64,000 nucleotides of DNA from a bacterium (GTDB lineage: Bacteria; Zhuqueibacterota; Zhuqueibacteria; Residuimicrobiales; Krinioviventaceae): contig OY843751.1 of the NCBI GenBank assembly GCA_963693055.1, forward strand, positions 224,001 to 288,000, in the 5' to 3' direction. Every line of letters starts with the position of its first letter. The stretch's first letter is position 1. Below the pieces are notes generated by a model that made no database searches, was not told the DNA's origin, and was given only the letters and a program-made list of their open reading frames with translations. The translations under genes were made by a program, and so were the position numbers. Below, piece by piece: positions 31,709 to 42,219 of the stretch.

Positions 31709-33193
31709 ATGAAAAAATTTAAAAATATACTCCTTTTAGCTTTAATCTGGCAAATTTTTACCGTGAATTTGAAAGCACAGGTTCCTCAGCAAATTATAAA
31801 TGTGTCATCAGATAAACAGCTTTTCATTGATGACAAGTGTATAGAAACGAGCAGCGGAATAACTCGAACAATGAACACGCCTCATCAATATAACGAGATA
31901 TTGTTGACCAATGACCAGCCCTGGGAAAAGAGTGCGACAAAATATATACCCGTTTATTGTAGTGTGTTAAAAGATGAGGGGAAAATTAAGCTGTGGTATG
32001 ATTTATATGACAGCGAAAATGGAAACAGGTATGTCGCTTTTGCTGAATCTGACGATGGCATTCATTTTGAAAAACGGATTTTAAATAAAGTTGAGGTTGA
32101 GGGTTCAATGCAAAATAATTGCGTTTTGCCTGCAACAATTGGAGGCTGTGCTGTTTGGATTGATCCCAAAGCACCTGCAAATGAGCGGTACAAGACACAG
32201 GCAAAAGCGTATCCCAGCGGTGAGCTCTATATGCACAGCTCACCGGATGGCATTGACTGGAAGCTGTTTGCCAAGCCAGAAATTGGCGACAAGGACACTC
32301 AGAATATAATATTTTGGGATACAACCATATCTCGCTATGTTATGTATACACGGGAATGGTTTCGGTTTGAGGATAAAAACGAGAATTATAGAACTGTACG
32401 TAGACTTGAATCCGACGATTTGATAAACTGGGACAATGAGCTAATCGTTTTTGAACCCGATTCTATTGACAGGGCATTATATGATACACCTACCAAGCAG
32501 CCTCCAGTGGATTATTATGGCGCTACGGTTTTCAAATATCCTGATGAAAATGGAATGTATATCATGCTTGCGCAGGCATTTTGGCATTGGTTTGCTCGTG
32601 ACAAAAGTGAAAAGCTGGGGCCGAATTCATTTGATGTGAGATTTGCTTCCAGTCGGGATGGAAAGACGTTTACCCGGCATGAGCGTAAACCGTTCCTTCA
32701 TCTGGGTCCTGAAAACAGTTTTTATTCAAGTATGATTTGGGCACTGCCAAACCCAATCCGGATGGGAGATGAATTGTGGTTTTATTTTGCTGGTTCAAAT
32801 CAGGACCATTCGGGTCAATTGGCATATGGAGCTGAAAAGCTAAAGTCTGGAATTGGTCGGGCGGTAATGCGTTTGGATGGATTTGTTTCTCTGGATACAG
32901 ATTATAAAGGGGGTGAAATTGTCACGCCGCTGATAAAATTTAAAGGGAAATCTCTCGAATTAAATTTACAGACCAGCGGCGGGGGTTCTGCTTATGTGGA
33001 AATTCTTGACCAAAACAACCAGCCATTAAAGGATTATACCCAAGCCGATGCCTTGCCACTCAACGGCAATTCAGTCAGGATGCCGGTCAAATGGAAAAAT
33101 ACCAGCGATGTAAGTGAGCTGTCAGGAGAAGCTGTAAAACTACGGATTGTCATGCAAGACTGTAAATTGTTTGCATTTCAGTTTGTAGAATAG
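31709..33193 (+). CDS. Putative secreted beta-propeller glycoside hydrolase (GH32/43/130-like fold)
   Basis: Signal peptide; QLFIDD, S.DGI.W/F Asp-box repeats, MRLDGFVSL, C-terminal GNS....V.W...L.AFQF. Confidence 0.7.
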   Translation: MKKFKNILLLALIWQIFTVNLKAQVPQQIINVSSDKQLFIDDKCIETSSGITRTMNTPHQYNEILLTNDQPWEKSATKYIPVYCSVLKDEGKIKLWYDLYDSENGNRYVAFAESDDGIHFEKRILNKVEVEGSMQNNCVLPATIGGCAVWIDPKAPANERYKTQAKAYPSGELYMHSSPDGIDWKLFAKPEIGDKDTQNIIFWDTTISRYVMYTREWFRFEDKNENYRTVRRLESDDLINWDNELIVFEPDSIDRALYDTPTKQPPVDYYGATVFKYPDENGMYIMLAQAFWHWFARDKSEKLGPNSFDVRFASSRDGKTFTRHERKPFLHLGPENSFYSSMIWALPNPIRMGDELWFYFAGSNQDHSGQLAYGAEKLKSGIGRAVMRLDGFVSLDTDYKGGEIVTPLIKFKGKSLELNLQTSGGGSAYVEILDQNNQPLKDYTQADALPLNGNSVRMPVKWKNTSDVSELSGEAVKLRIVMQDCKLFAFQFVE

Positions 33194-33352
33194 GTTTTGA
33201 TATGTGATGTGTTTTCTCCCTGCTACAACGATCAGAAGTGGTGGCAGCTTGGGAGAGGGGTTGGCTTGCTGAATATATAATTGATATAAATCTGCAAGTT
33301 TACTCCGTCCTAAATTATCTATGGGACAAAAATTAGATTTTAATTTAAAACA

Positions 33353-35125
33353 TCATTCTTTTCTCCAACGCTTAATCACGTCTTCAAATGTTACATCAAG
33401 CCATTTTTTATTCCATTCAGTTAGTACTTTGACACTTTGACTTTTTGGTTCAGGATTTGGTAATTCCATTTTTACTATAGAAGGGATAGTTATACAATCT
33501 CCAACAACAATACATTCACCTTGGGCAAGATTAGGCAAAATATCAGTTATAGTATTTGAATTATCTGGTAATAAGTTTTTAATATAATTTTGGTCGTTAT
33601 AATTAGTAAGACGAAGTGATATAAAATTATTACATTGAGCAAAAATTGTTTCTGATACTTCAGAAGGTCTTTGGCTTACTACCATTAAATTTAATCCATA
33701 TTTTCTTCCTTCTTTTGCAATCCTTTCGATTGATTTTCTAGATGCTTTATAAATTGCACTTTCATCACGGGGAACATAGTTGTGTGCTTCTTCACATACA
33801 ATCATAACTGGTATATCATTTATTTTATTTTCATCATGCTTAATTTTTGAATAATGGAAGCAAAAATCAAATATCAATCTTGAAATTAAACTAACTGTTA
33901 TACTTAAAACTTCGAAGGGAACACCACTTAGATCTACAATAGTAATGTTTGATTGGTTTAAATAGCCAAGAAATTGTTTCATAATTTCTTCAAAATCAGA
34001 AGTTTTATATGGAGTCCCATCTTTTTTCTTTGGATCTAATAGAAATTTTAATCTTTTATCTGATAATTTATTTTCCAATCTTGAAACAAATCTATTGAAT
34101 TCGCCATAGAATGGACCATTTGTTGCTTTTTCGGCTTTAGCTGTTGAATTTTGTACAAAAGTGAATTTTTGATTAAAATAGTCATTACGATTTTTTATTA
34201 ATGTCCCGTCAGCTTTTTTGGGCAAGTTTTCCCCTTCAAGCCTACCAATAACTTCATTGTTCATGTTATCAATATATTTAAATACTTCATCAATCGAAAA
34301 ATAAACAGGATTATCATATGTCATTTCAGAAATGTTAGAATTGTGTTTTTCCTTGTTAAGAATAACAGCTTGTTTAAATTGTGAAACTTGATTATGGGAA
34401 TTTTGTTCACGACTTTCAATAAACAAGTCTTCTAATTCTTCAGAATTCATTAACCAATAAGGAAGTTTTAATTCATCTACATTTAATGTGTTAAGAGTAA
34501 AGTGCTCGTGGTTCTCTAAATCAAAAGCATTTTTATATTCGGAATGAATGTCGAATATCACAATATGTGAATTGTTTTGATGGCTTTTATTAGTATTTTT
34601 TGCATCCATAATACCAACAACTTCTTGAATGATTTTTGCAACAGTACATGATTTCCCGGAGCCTGAAGAACCAACGATTGCAATATGTTGACCAAAAAAT
34701 TTATCCCCATGAAGTTTTATTTTTATATCTTTATTTAGAACCAAGCTTCCTAGTTGGAAATTATAATTGTGATCAGCTAAAAATATTTTGTCTAACTCAT
34801 TTTCCAGTGTAATGTAAACTGGTTCAGTTGGAACTGGTAGATATGTGCTTGATTTTTCGAATGTTTTATCGTCAATTAGGCTACCAATTGCTTGACACTC
34901 AATGAGAAATGACCATTCAATCTCCTTGACTTCATTATAAGTATTATTACTTTTAATGTTTTTAATAACTGCAATGACATAATCATTGTTTCCCTGTGCA
35001 ATCTTTAAAAAGCGACCAATTTGTAATGCGTTTTTATTATTTTCAAATGTTTCTAAATCTAGTATATCAACAAGAATTGATGAAGGTGAGCTTGATATAA
35101 CTTTCCCAATTTTATTCATAGACAT
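33353..35125 (-). CDS. HerA/FtsK-family ATPase (DUF87), anti-phage HerA type
   Basis: HIAIVGSSGSGKS, IFDIHSEY, LPYW, CEEAHNY, IAKEGRKYG, VSQRPSE; AT-rich. Confidence 0.9.
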   Translation of the reverse strand: MSMNKIGKVISSSPSSILVDILDLETFENNKNALQIGRFLKIAQGNNDYVIAVIKNIKSNNTYNEVKEIEWSFLIECQAIGSLIDDKTFEKSSTYLPVPTEPVYITLENELDKIFLADHNYNFQLGSLVLNKDIKIKLHGDKFFGQHIAIVGSSGSGKSCTVAKIIQEVVGIMDAKNTNKSHQNNSHIVIFDIHSEYKNAFDLENHEHFTLNTLNVDELKLPYWLMNSEELEDLFIESREQNSHNQVSQFKQAVILNKEKHNSNISEMTYDNPVYFSIDEVFKYIDNMNNEVIGRLEGENLPKKADGTLIKNRNDYFNQKFTFVQNSTAKAEKATNGPFYGEFNRFVSRLENKLSDKRLKFLLDPKKKDGTPYKTSDFEEIMKQFLGYLNQSNITIVDLSGVPFEVLSITVSLISRLIFDFCFHYSKIKHDENKINDIPVMIVCEEAHNYVPRDESAIYKASRKSIERIAKEGRKYGLNLMVVSQRPSEVSETIFAQCNNFISLRLTNYNDQNYIKNLLPDNSNTITDILPNLAQGECIVVGDCITIPSIVKMELPNPEPKSQSVKVLTEWNKKWLDVTFEDVIKRWRKE

Positions 35126-36326
35126 TTGATAACCCCATTATAAATTTTAATTCTAGCAGCTTGTTTACTGCAATTTGTTCTATTGAAATATCTTTTGTAT
35201 CCAATTCTGGGAAATTTTTAGACGAGATTATGAATAAATCATCACAATGTATATTATTTAAAATATTTTTTTGGGAGTTGTATAACATTAGACGAATAGA
35301 AAATTCACGTTGTATATTATTTTTTGCAATATCTTTTATTATTGGTTTTGCAAAGAAATGTTTTTCATCAAAATATTTAGAAGTAATAAAACCATCTCTA
35401 AAGATTATACCTTTTTTAAATAAACGGACTTTGATATCATCGAATTTGGTTTTGTCACAGTCTAATGCAAATAAAGGTGTGTGAATGTGTGCAGGCTTTG
35501 AGTGAAATTTATCTAAATATTCTGAGATAAATGTTACTATGTGTTCATCAAAATCGTTTTCATCCAAAGAATTATCTGAAATTATAAAATACCGTAATCT
35601 TGAATTTTTGTCGAGATTTGGTTTTAATTGTTTTTTTCGAGCAGATAAAATATTTTTTTTATCATTAAGCGCTAATGTCCATTTTGTGATTGCAGTTTTT
35701 TTGATATCTTTCAGTAGTTTTATGAACGCTTTTTTTGTTATCATTCTGTCTTTAGCTTCATGTTTTATACTAAAATTTGCAATTTCATTTATTGCATTGG
35801 GATAGATTAAAATGTCAAAATCATTTTCATCTTCCATGTTTTCAAGTAATTGTCTTTTTGATTGTTCAACAATATTTTCAAACGATTCACCTACTTCAAT
35901 TTTAAAGTATTTAAGGAAGCTATTAAAATCAAATGTCTTTCTATCTATTGATTTGATGTATTTATTAAGTTTTTTATCTTTTGATGAAAGAATTTCTTCA
36001 AGATTTTCTTTTGATAATTGATTGATTTCTGTTGGTTGATTTATGTATATATATATAATATAATTTATGTTGCAAGGTCCATTTTTATTGAAATGATTCA
36101 TCATTTGTAGAATTGGTTTATATATAGTGCTCAGTGTGAATTGATCCACCATCTCATGATATTTACATTGAACTGCTTCTATTTTCCCATTATCAACAAT
36201 ATCAATGTCTTCGATGATACCTTCAATAGTTATCTCAGCATCATCACCAGATTTTAATATCTTTAATAAAGTTAAATTAAATTGATATAGAAAACCTTTA
36301 ATTGTATAATTTGCTGCTCTTGACAT
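35112..36326 (-). CDS. DUF4297-like PD-(D/E)xK nuclease, partner of HerA
   Basis: N-terminal R.A..TIKGF.YQF, EG..EDID...VQCKY motif; 14-bp overlap with herA-like gene. Confidence 0.75.
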   Translation of the reverse strand: MSRAANYTIKGFLYQFNLTLLKILKSGDDAEITIEGIIEDIDIVDNGKIEAVQCKYHEMVDQFTLSTIYKPILQMMNHFNKNGPCNINYIIYIYINQPTEINQLSKENLEEILSSKDKKLNKYIKSIDRKTFDFNSFLKYFKIEVGESFENIVEQSKRQLLENMEDENDFDILIYPNAINEIANFSIKHEAKDRMITKKAFIKLLKDIKKTAITKWTLALNDKKNILSARKKQLKPNLDKNSRLRYFIISDNSLDENDFDEHIVTFISEYLDKFHSKPAHIHTPLFALDCDKTKFDDIKVRLFKKGIIFRDGFITSKYFDEKHFFAKPIIKDIAKNNIQREFSIRLMLYNSQKNILNNIHCDDLFIISSKNFPELDTKDISIEQIAVNKLLELKFIMGLSNVYE

Positions 36327-36695
36327 AAAAATTGAGTCTTATTTTTATACCGAAATTTTATTTAATACTTTTTTACCCCTTTTTACCATTAATTAATTAA
36401 ATAGTGATTTTCAATATCTTATGCAAGAAAAAAATATGATTATAGTCAATTGATGAGTAATTAAAAAATTTTCTAAAAAGCAGAAATAGCTTGCCTTGTG
36501 CTTCTATTGAAGATACAAATTATCCTCCATTTCCAATTTTGGGGAAGTGATAAGATGAGAAATAAGGATAATTTACTGTCATTTTAATGGAGGCTTTGGA
36601 AAAAATTTTTAAGACTAATTATTTTCCTCTTTACCCTCCACCATGATTTTAGTATATTCCAATAAATCCTTATAATCAAAAGCAGGGCAATGATT

Positions 36696-39557
36696 ATGAA
36701 ATCCATCCGTTTTCTTTTCTGTTTTTTCTTTATTCTCTCTATCATTATCCTTTCCAGTTGTGGTAATAATAATAATACAATGAATCTGGCCGGCGAGTGG
36801 CAGTTCAAGCTCGATCCCGATGGCAAGGGTGTGGACGAGCAATGGTACACCACAGAGCTTGAGGGTACGATCCATTTGCCCGGCTCTTTGCAGGAGCAGG
36901 GATACGGCGAGGTGCCGAATCCTGATACGAAATGGATTGGGCGCATTCGTACGCCGGATTGGTTAGAGCAGGAGCCCTGGAAGCATATTGTGGATGTGGA
37001 ATCGGATTATAAAGTACCGTTCTGGCTCACTCCGGACAGGTATTACCGGGGCAAAGCCTGGTATCAGCGAAAAATACAAATCCCGGCAGGTTGGCAGGGA
37101 AAGTCCCTGGAACTGGTGTTTGAACGGGCGCACTGGCAGACAACGGTGTGGATGGATTCTGAACGCATTGGCTCGTGTAACAGTCTGGCTGCACCGCACC
37201 GTTATGCGATTAAGGATTTGGCACCCGGTGAGCATACGATTTCGGTATGTGTGGACAATGAGTATTTGCTCAATGTGGGTATCGATGCGCACAGTGTCAG
37301 CGATCATACCCAATCCAATTGGAACGGACTGGTAGGAGCACTGTCTCTGCGCGCCTTGCCGGATGTGAGAATTGCGGATGTGCAGGTGTATCCCGATTAT
37401 CAGAAAAAGCAGGCGCGGGTCAAGATCATGGTGGAAAATACCACCAACGCCACAATCAACGCTCAGCTTGAACTGAATGCGGCTACAACGGCAAATAGTC
37501 CGGATCAGCACATGGCTGACCTAAAATCAAGTGAAATCGAGTTGTTACCCGGTGAATCCATTCACGGGCTCACATTGCATTTGGGAGAGGACGCGGTAAT
37601 GTGGAACGAGTTCAAGCCCAATCTCTACAATTTGGCAATTGATTTGAAATCCGGATCTGAAAAGGATCATAAAGAAACTGTATTCGGGCTGCGCAATATT
37701 GCAACCCAGGGAACGCAAATTACAATAAACGGCCAAAAGACCTTTTTACGGGGCACTTTAGAGTGCTGTATCTTTCCGCTTACGGGGTATCCCGATACAT
37801 CGGTTGAGGGCTGGCGTAAAATCTTTCGTCAGATCAAGGCGTATGGACTCAACCATATGCGGTTTCATTCGTACACACCGCCGGAAGCTGCCTTTAGCGC
37901 GGCGGACATGGAGGGCGTGTATCTGCAAACCGAGATTCCGGTATGGACGAATCCCGTAGGCGATACAATAATCAGCGCTTTTATGACTGATGAAGCCAAA
38001 CGTATTTTACGCGAGTATGGCAATCATCCCTCGTTTACTATGCTGTGCGCGGGAAATGAGCTGGGTCCGAACCGGGATGAGCCAAAGCGCGACGCGTATT
38101 TGAGCAGCCTGATCGAATCCTGGCGGTCTGCTGATGATCGGCATTTGTATGCCAGCGGATCGGGATGGCCGTCTATTGCCGCAGCGGATTACCAGATTCG
38201 CAGTGAGCCGCGCGTGTTCAATTGGCTGAACCGTTATACCAGTCGCATTGACGCGGCCCCGCTGGAGATGACCGTGGATTATACGGAACAGGATGCCATG
38301 TTTAAAGGTCCGGTTGTGAGTCACGAGATTGGGCAATGGTGCGTTTATCCCAATCTGGATGAAACTAAAAAATATACCGGTGTGTTGAAAGCAAAGAATT
38401 TTGACCTGGCAAGGACCTTGCTGGAAGAAAAGGGGATGGGAAGCCAGGCGCAGGAATTTCTCATGGCGTCCGGCAAGTTTCAAACCATTCTGTACAAAGA
38501 AGAGGTAGAAGCGGCCCTGCGCACACCCAACCATGCGGGATTCCAACTGCTGGATCTGCACGACTTTCCCGGACAGGGATCGGCAATTGTAGGCGTGCTT
38601 GATGCGTTCTGGGAAGAAAAAGGCTATGTGAGTGCCGCGGAATTCAGCCGCTTTTGTAACGCAACCGTGCCTCTGGCACGGATAAAAAAACTGACCTGGA
38701 CAACTAATGAGCAGTTTGCCGCAGATATTGAGGTGTCGCATTTTGGCGCAGAGATTTTGCGGGATGTAGAACCGGTATGGGAGATCCGGGATTTGTATGG
38801 TCGTACCCTTGCACAGGGCTCGTTGGAGAAAACGAATATTCAAATTGGCAATGCGCAAATGCTGGGAAAGGTTACCTTTGATCTAAACGCCATTGATGCA
38901 GCTATGGAATTGAAACTGGTTGTGAAACTGGGTGAAACCGGATTTGAGAACGACTGGTTGTTCTGGGTATATCCTGTAAAAGTTGAAATGAATGCCGGTG
39001 ATGTGCGGATTGTCAATCAACTGGATGACAAAATAATAGATTTTCTGGAGAATGGGGGGGATGTGCTGCTGACCCGAGCTCCGGACGATATCCCTCAGGA
39101 CAAGGCATTTGGCTTTGCAAGCATATTCTGGAACAAGCTCTGGTTCCCCGGGCAGCCTGCATACGCGCTGGGATTGGTGAACCGGGTCGAACATCCGGCG
39201 TTAGAAGCGTTTCCTACAGAATTTCACAGCAACTGGCAATGGTGGGATTTGACCCTGCACAGCCGGGATCTGGTGCTTGACGATTTGCCAGACGATTTGC
39301 GTCCTATTGTGCAGGTCATTGACGACTGGAACACTGCCCGGAAACTGGGACTGCTGTTCGAAGCCGATTATGGCAAAGGCCGGATAATGGTCTGCGGTTC
39401 TGACATTGTCAGTAACCTAAATGAACGTCCCGTTGCCAGACAGTTCCGCAAAAGTATATTGGATTATATGAACTCAAGCATGTTCAAACCACCGGTGGAA
39501 TTGAGCAATCCGGATCTTGAGGTTATTGCCGGGCAGTTTGGGGAGATGGCGTTCTAA
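36696..39557 (+). CDS. Glycoside hydrolase family 2 lipoprotein
   Basis: Lipobox ILSSC; LAGEWQF, G.AWY.R, FGLR, FLRGT.EC, GLNHMRFHS, NHPS....CAGNE, HEIGQW. Confidence 0.85.
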   Translation: MKSIRFLFCFFFILSIIILSSCGNNNNTMNLAGEWQFKLDPDGKGVDEQWYTTELEGTIHLPGSLQEQGYGEVPNPDTKWIGRIRTPDWLEQEPWKHIVDVESDYKVPFWLTPDRYYRGKAWYQRKIQIPAGWQGKSLELVFERAHWQTTVWMDSERIGSCNSLAAPHRYAIKDLAPGEHTISVCVDNEYLLNVGIDAHSVSDHTQSNWNGLVGALSLRALPDVRIADVQVYPDYQKKQARVKIMVENTTNATINAQLELNAATTANSPDQHMADLKSSEIELLPGESIHGLTLHLGEDAVMWNEFKPNLYNLAIDLKSGSEKDHKETVFGLRNIATQGTQITINGQKTFLRGTLECCIFPLTGYPDTSVEGWRKIFRQIKAYGLNHMRFHSYTPPEAAFSAADMEGVYLQTEIPVWTNPVGDTIISAFMTDEAKRILREYGNHPSFTMLCAGNELGPNRDEPKRDAYLSSLIESWRSADDRHLYASGSGWPSIAAADYQIRSEPRVFNWLNRYTSRIDAAPLEMTVDYTEQDAMFKGPVVSHEIGQWCVYPNLDETKKYTGVLKAKNFDLARTLLEEKGMGSQAQEFLMASGKFQTILYKEEVEAALRTPNHAGFQLLDLHDFPGQGSAIVGVLDAFWEEKGYVSAAEFSRFCNATVPLARIKKLTWTTNEQFAADIEVSHFGAEILRDVEPVWEIRDLYGRTLAQGSLEKTNIQIGNAQMLGKVTFDLNAIDAAMELKLVVKLGETGFENDWLFWVYPVKVEMNAGDVRIVNQLDDKIIDFLENGGDVLLTRAPDDIPQDKAFGFASIFWNKLWFPGQPAYALGLVNRVEHPALEAFPTEFHSNWQWWDLTLHSRDLVLDDLPDDLRPIVQVIDDWNTARKLGLLFEADYGKGRIMVCGSDIVSNLNERPVARQFRKSILDYMNSSMFKPPVELSNPDLEVIAGQFGEMAF

Positions 39558-39656
39558 AACAGTTGCATTTATTTAATGAAATAGTTATTGTTCTATGGGG
39601 AGTGAAAGGCGGATTCACTCCCTCAGATATTTCTTGTTTACATATGAGGTGGGGAT

Positions 39657-40952
39657 ATGCGAAAAATTTTCTATTTTATACTATTACCTTGTTTACTATT
39701 AGCTGGAGAGTGGGAGCCTGTTGGTATGCAGGGGACAATGGTCAGTTTTATCAAAACTGATCCTGCAGATAGTAGTATACTTTTGGCCGGATGTGTTACT
39801 GATGAAAATTATGGAGGACTTTACAAGAGCTCAGATGGGGGGAACACATGGGATTCCATACTTGAAAATTATGCTGTAGTTGATATGGTTTTTCATCCAA
39901 CGAATCCGGATACACTGTATGTAGCCTGTTACAACCATTTATACAAATCAACTGACCACGGAAAATCCTGGGTAGCATCTGATTCGGGAATCGTATTAAA
40001 TAGCTGGAATAATGATCTTGAGCTAGTCCGCATCGATCCGCTTCATCCACAGGTATTATTAGCTGCCAAGTATTATGACTGGCTTCTTCCCAAGTCGGCT
40101 CTGTACAAAAGTTTTGATGGTGGATTATCATGGACCAAGCTGGATTCCACAATGAGGATACGAGTACTTGAAACCGGACCTGACCAAAGGGCTTTATATG
40201 CTGCGGACTCGAGGTCGGATATGATCTACAAAAGTCTGGATTTTGGTGAAACCTGGGAACCCTGGCAGCAACCGTTAGCCAATACGATACGAGATCTGAA
40301 ATTTATTAAAACAGATTCATCTTTTACTTGTATTATTTGTTTTCAACTGGAAGGATTCTTAATCTCCCGAGATGGGGGGATAACCTGGGAACAGGAAAAC
40401 ACAGGTTTGCCTGAAAAAGCTTCTGTTTCCAGCGTCTTTACAACAGATTCTTTGTTGTATATAAGTAAGCACATGTTCCCTGCTACAGAGATTAATGTAT
40501 ACAAGAGGCAAATGAATAAAGTTGGCTGGAATCAAGTTGGTGGAAATAATGACGCTTTTGAAGGTGGTTTTAGAAATTTGCCCCTATTGTATTCAAAATA
40601 TTATCAAAAACTCTTTTTAGGCACGGGTAATGGATTGTTTTGTTATAATCCTGTAACAGAAATAACGGAACCAGATATCAAACAACCAGAAATTTTCAAG
40701 TTAAAACAAAACTATCCCAATCCTTTTAACAGCAGTACGGTTATTGAATACGCGCTACAAGGGCAGGCACATGTAAAATTGAGTGTATATGATGTGAATG
40801 GCAAGCTGGTTAAGCAGTTGGTCAATGAGAAAAAAACCCCCGGTAATTATCAAATAACTTTATCATCAGACCAACTTGCTTCCGGAGTTTATTTTTACCG
40901 GTTGAGGGCTGGAGGATTTAACGAAACCCGAAAATTGGTGTTGATGCGGTAG
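39657..40952 (+). CDS. BNR/Asp-box repeat secreted protein with YPNPFN sorting domain
   Basis: Repeated YKS.DGG.TW; NYPNPFN...LASGVYFYRL. Confidence 0.85.
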   Translation: MRKIFYFILLPCLLLAGEWEPVGMQGTMVSFIKTDPADSSILLAGCVTDENYGGLYKSSDGGNTWDSILENYAVVDMVFHPTNPDTLYVACYNHLYKSTDHGKSWVASDSGIVLNSWNNDLELVRIDPLHPQVLLAAKYYDWLLPKSALYKSFDGGLSWTKLDSTMRIRVLETGPDQRALYAADSRSDMIYKSLDFGETWEPWQQPLANTIRDLKFIKTDSSFTCIICFQLEGFLISRDGGITWEQENTGLPEKASVSSVFTTDSLLYISKHMFPATEINVYKRQMNKVGWNQVGGNNDAFEGGFRNLPLLYSKYYQKLFLGTGNGLFCYNPVTEITEPDIKQPEIFKLKQNYPNPFNSSTVIEYALQGQAHVKLSVYDVNGKLVKQLVNEKKTPGNYQITLSSDQLASGVYFYRLRAGGFNETRKLVLMR

Positions 40953-41214
40953 ATTGAGCATGTTATATTATAACTGATTTTCGTTGTGGTTAAATGCCAA
41001 CTTTTTGAAATGGAAAAAAGGTTTTAAAAATGAAGCAATATATGTATTGAATAAAAACTGATTTTATTTAATGTTTTGATATTACAATATGTTTTTACAA
41101 AAACATAAATTTGGGGGTACTTGGTGTTATTGTATTCTCTTGAATTTCTTTTGACGTTTATAAATTGGTGGCAATTATTAATTTATGTTCAATTATATTA
41201 TTAAAGGAGATGAA

Positions 41215-42006
41215 TTGAAAGTTAAAAATTTAACAATTGTTTTTTTAATTATAATTTCTTGTTCTGGGTCGAGACAGCTTGCCCATTACTCTCGGGACAA
41301 TGTGGAACAAGGCGCTATCAGTAGTTTGTATGAAAATATCCCTGTTATGTCAGAGCCAGAAGATATTAAACGTTTTATTGTAAAGATGGATCTATCTCAA
41401 GAAATGAATGTTGAAATTCCGTATGTAGATAAATGTTTTTATCAGCCATTAATTGATATGGAAGGGAAAATAGAAGCTGTATTTATCAGCGGGTCTGTGA
41501 ATACTCTGGTTGATAGCATCATGATCGAAAATATTAAAAATTCAACATTCAAAACATACAAATCAGTTATGAATGAGGATAGTAAGTATTCCTTATTACT
41601 GCCTTTTCAAATATTTCAAGGAAAAGCGGTACCTTTGTTTGATGATGAAATTGGATCATTGTCTATACCTGATGATCGTAAGCCACCTGCCCCGATAGGT
41701 GGTTTTGAAGCAGTTCAGCGTAATATAAAATATCCAAAAGCAGCAAGAGTATCTTCTACCGAAGGCAAAGTTGTTGTCAATATTAAAATTGATATAAATG
41801 GTAATGTCGCTGAAACCGTTATTCTTAAAAGTGCTGGCATTGCCTTAGATCAGGCGGCAATTGATGCTGTGAAATCTGTAAAGTGGAGTCCGGCGGTTAA
41901 GGATAATCTATATATCGAGTCATGGATAGGTGTCCCTATTTTATTTAGATTGAACGGTTCAAAAGTGTTGATAAAAGATTATCCAATAAATGACAATAAA
42001 CATTAA
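41215..42006 (+). CDS. TonB C-terminal domain protein (probable lipoprotein)
   Basis: P.P.GG..A....IKYP..A.....EGKV.V...ID..G, LD.AAIDAV....W.PA; AAGGAG RBS before TTG 41215. Confidence 0.75.
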   Translation: MKVKNLTIVFLIIISCSGSRQLAHYSRDNVEQGAISSLYENIPVMSEPEDIKRFIVKMDLSQEMNVEIPYVDKCFYQPLIDMEGKIEAVFISGSVNTLVDSIMIENIKNSTFKTYKSVMNEDSKYSLLLPFQIFQGKAVPLFDDEIGSLSIPDDRKPPAPIGGFEAVQRNIKYPKAARVSSTEGKVVVNIKIDINGNVAETVILKSAGIALDQAAIDAVKSVKWSPAVKDNLYIESWIGVPILFRLNGSKVLIKDYPINDNKH

Positions 42007-42219
42007 ATTTTAATATAGCAATTCAGTTGACAGCCCAATTTCCTTTGCTTGCATATAGTTCACCTGAAGAGAGAGTTTTAGCTTTAAGCATGCTCCCCAA
42101 TTACTAAAGGATAAATAAATGCAAAAAGAAATGTCATATATTATTTTAGTTCGTTTTTTAAGTAGATATTATTTCAAAACAATTCCAGAAATTCTATCAT
42201 GAATCCAGAGAGCGCACTT

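Noticed and set aside
38007-38858. 283-aa minus-strand ORF and other short ORFs overlapping long genes
   Set aside because: Antisense or out-of-frame shadows of well-supported CDSs (here the GH2), with no recognisable motifs.
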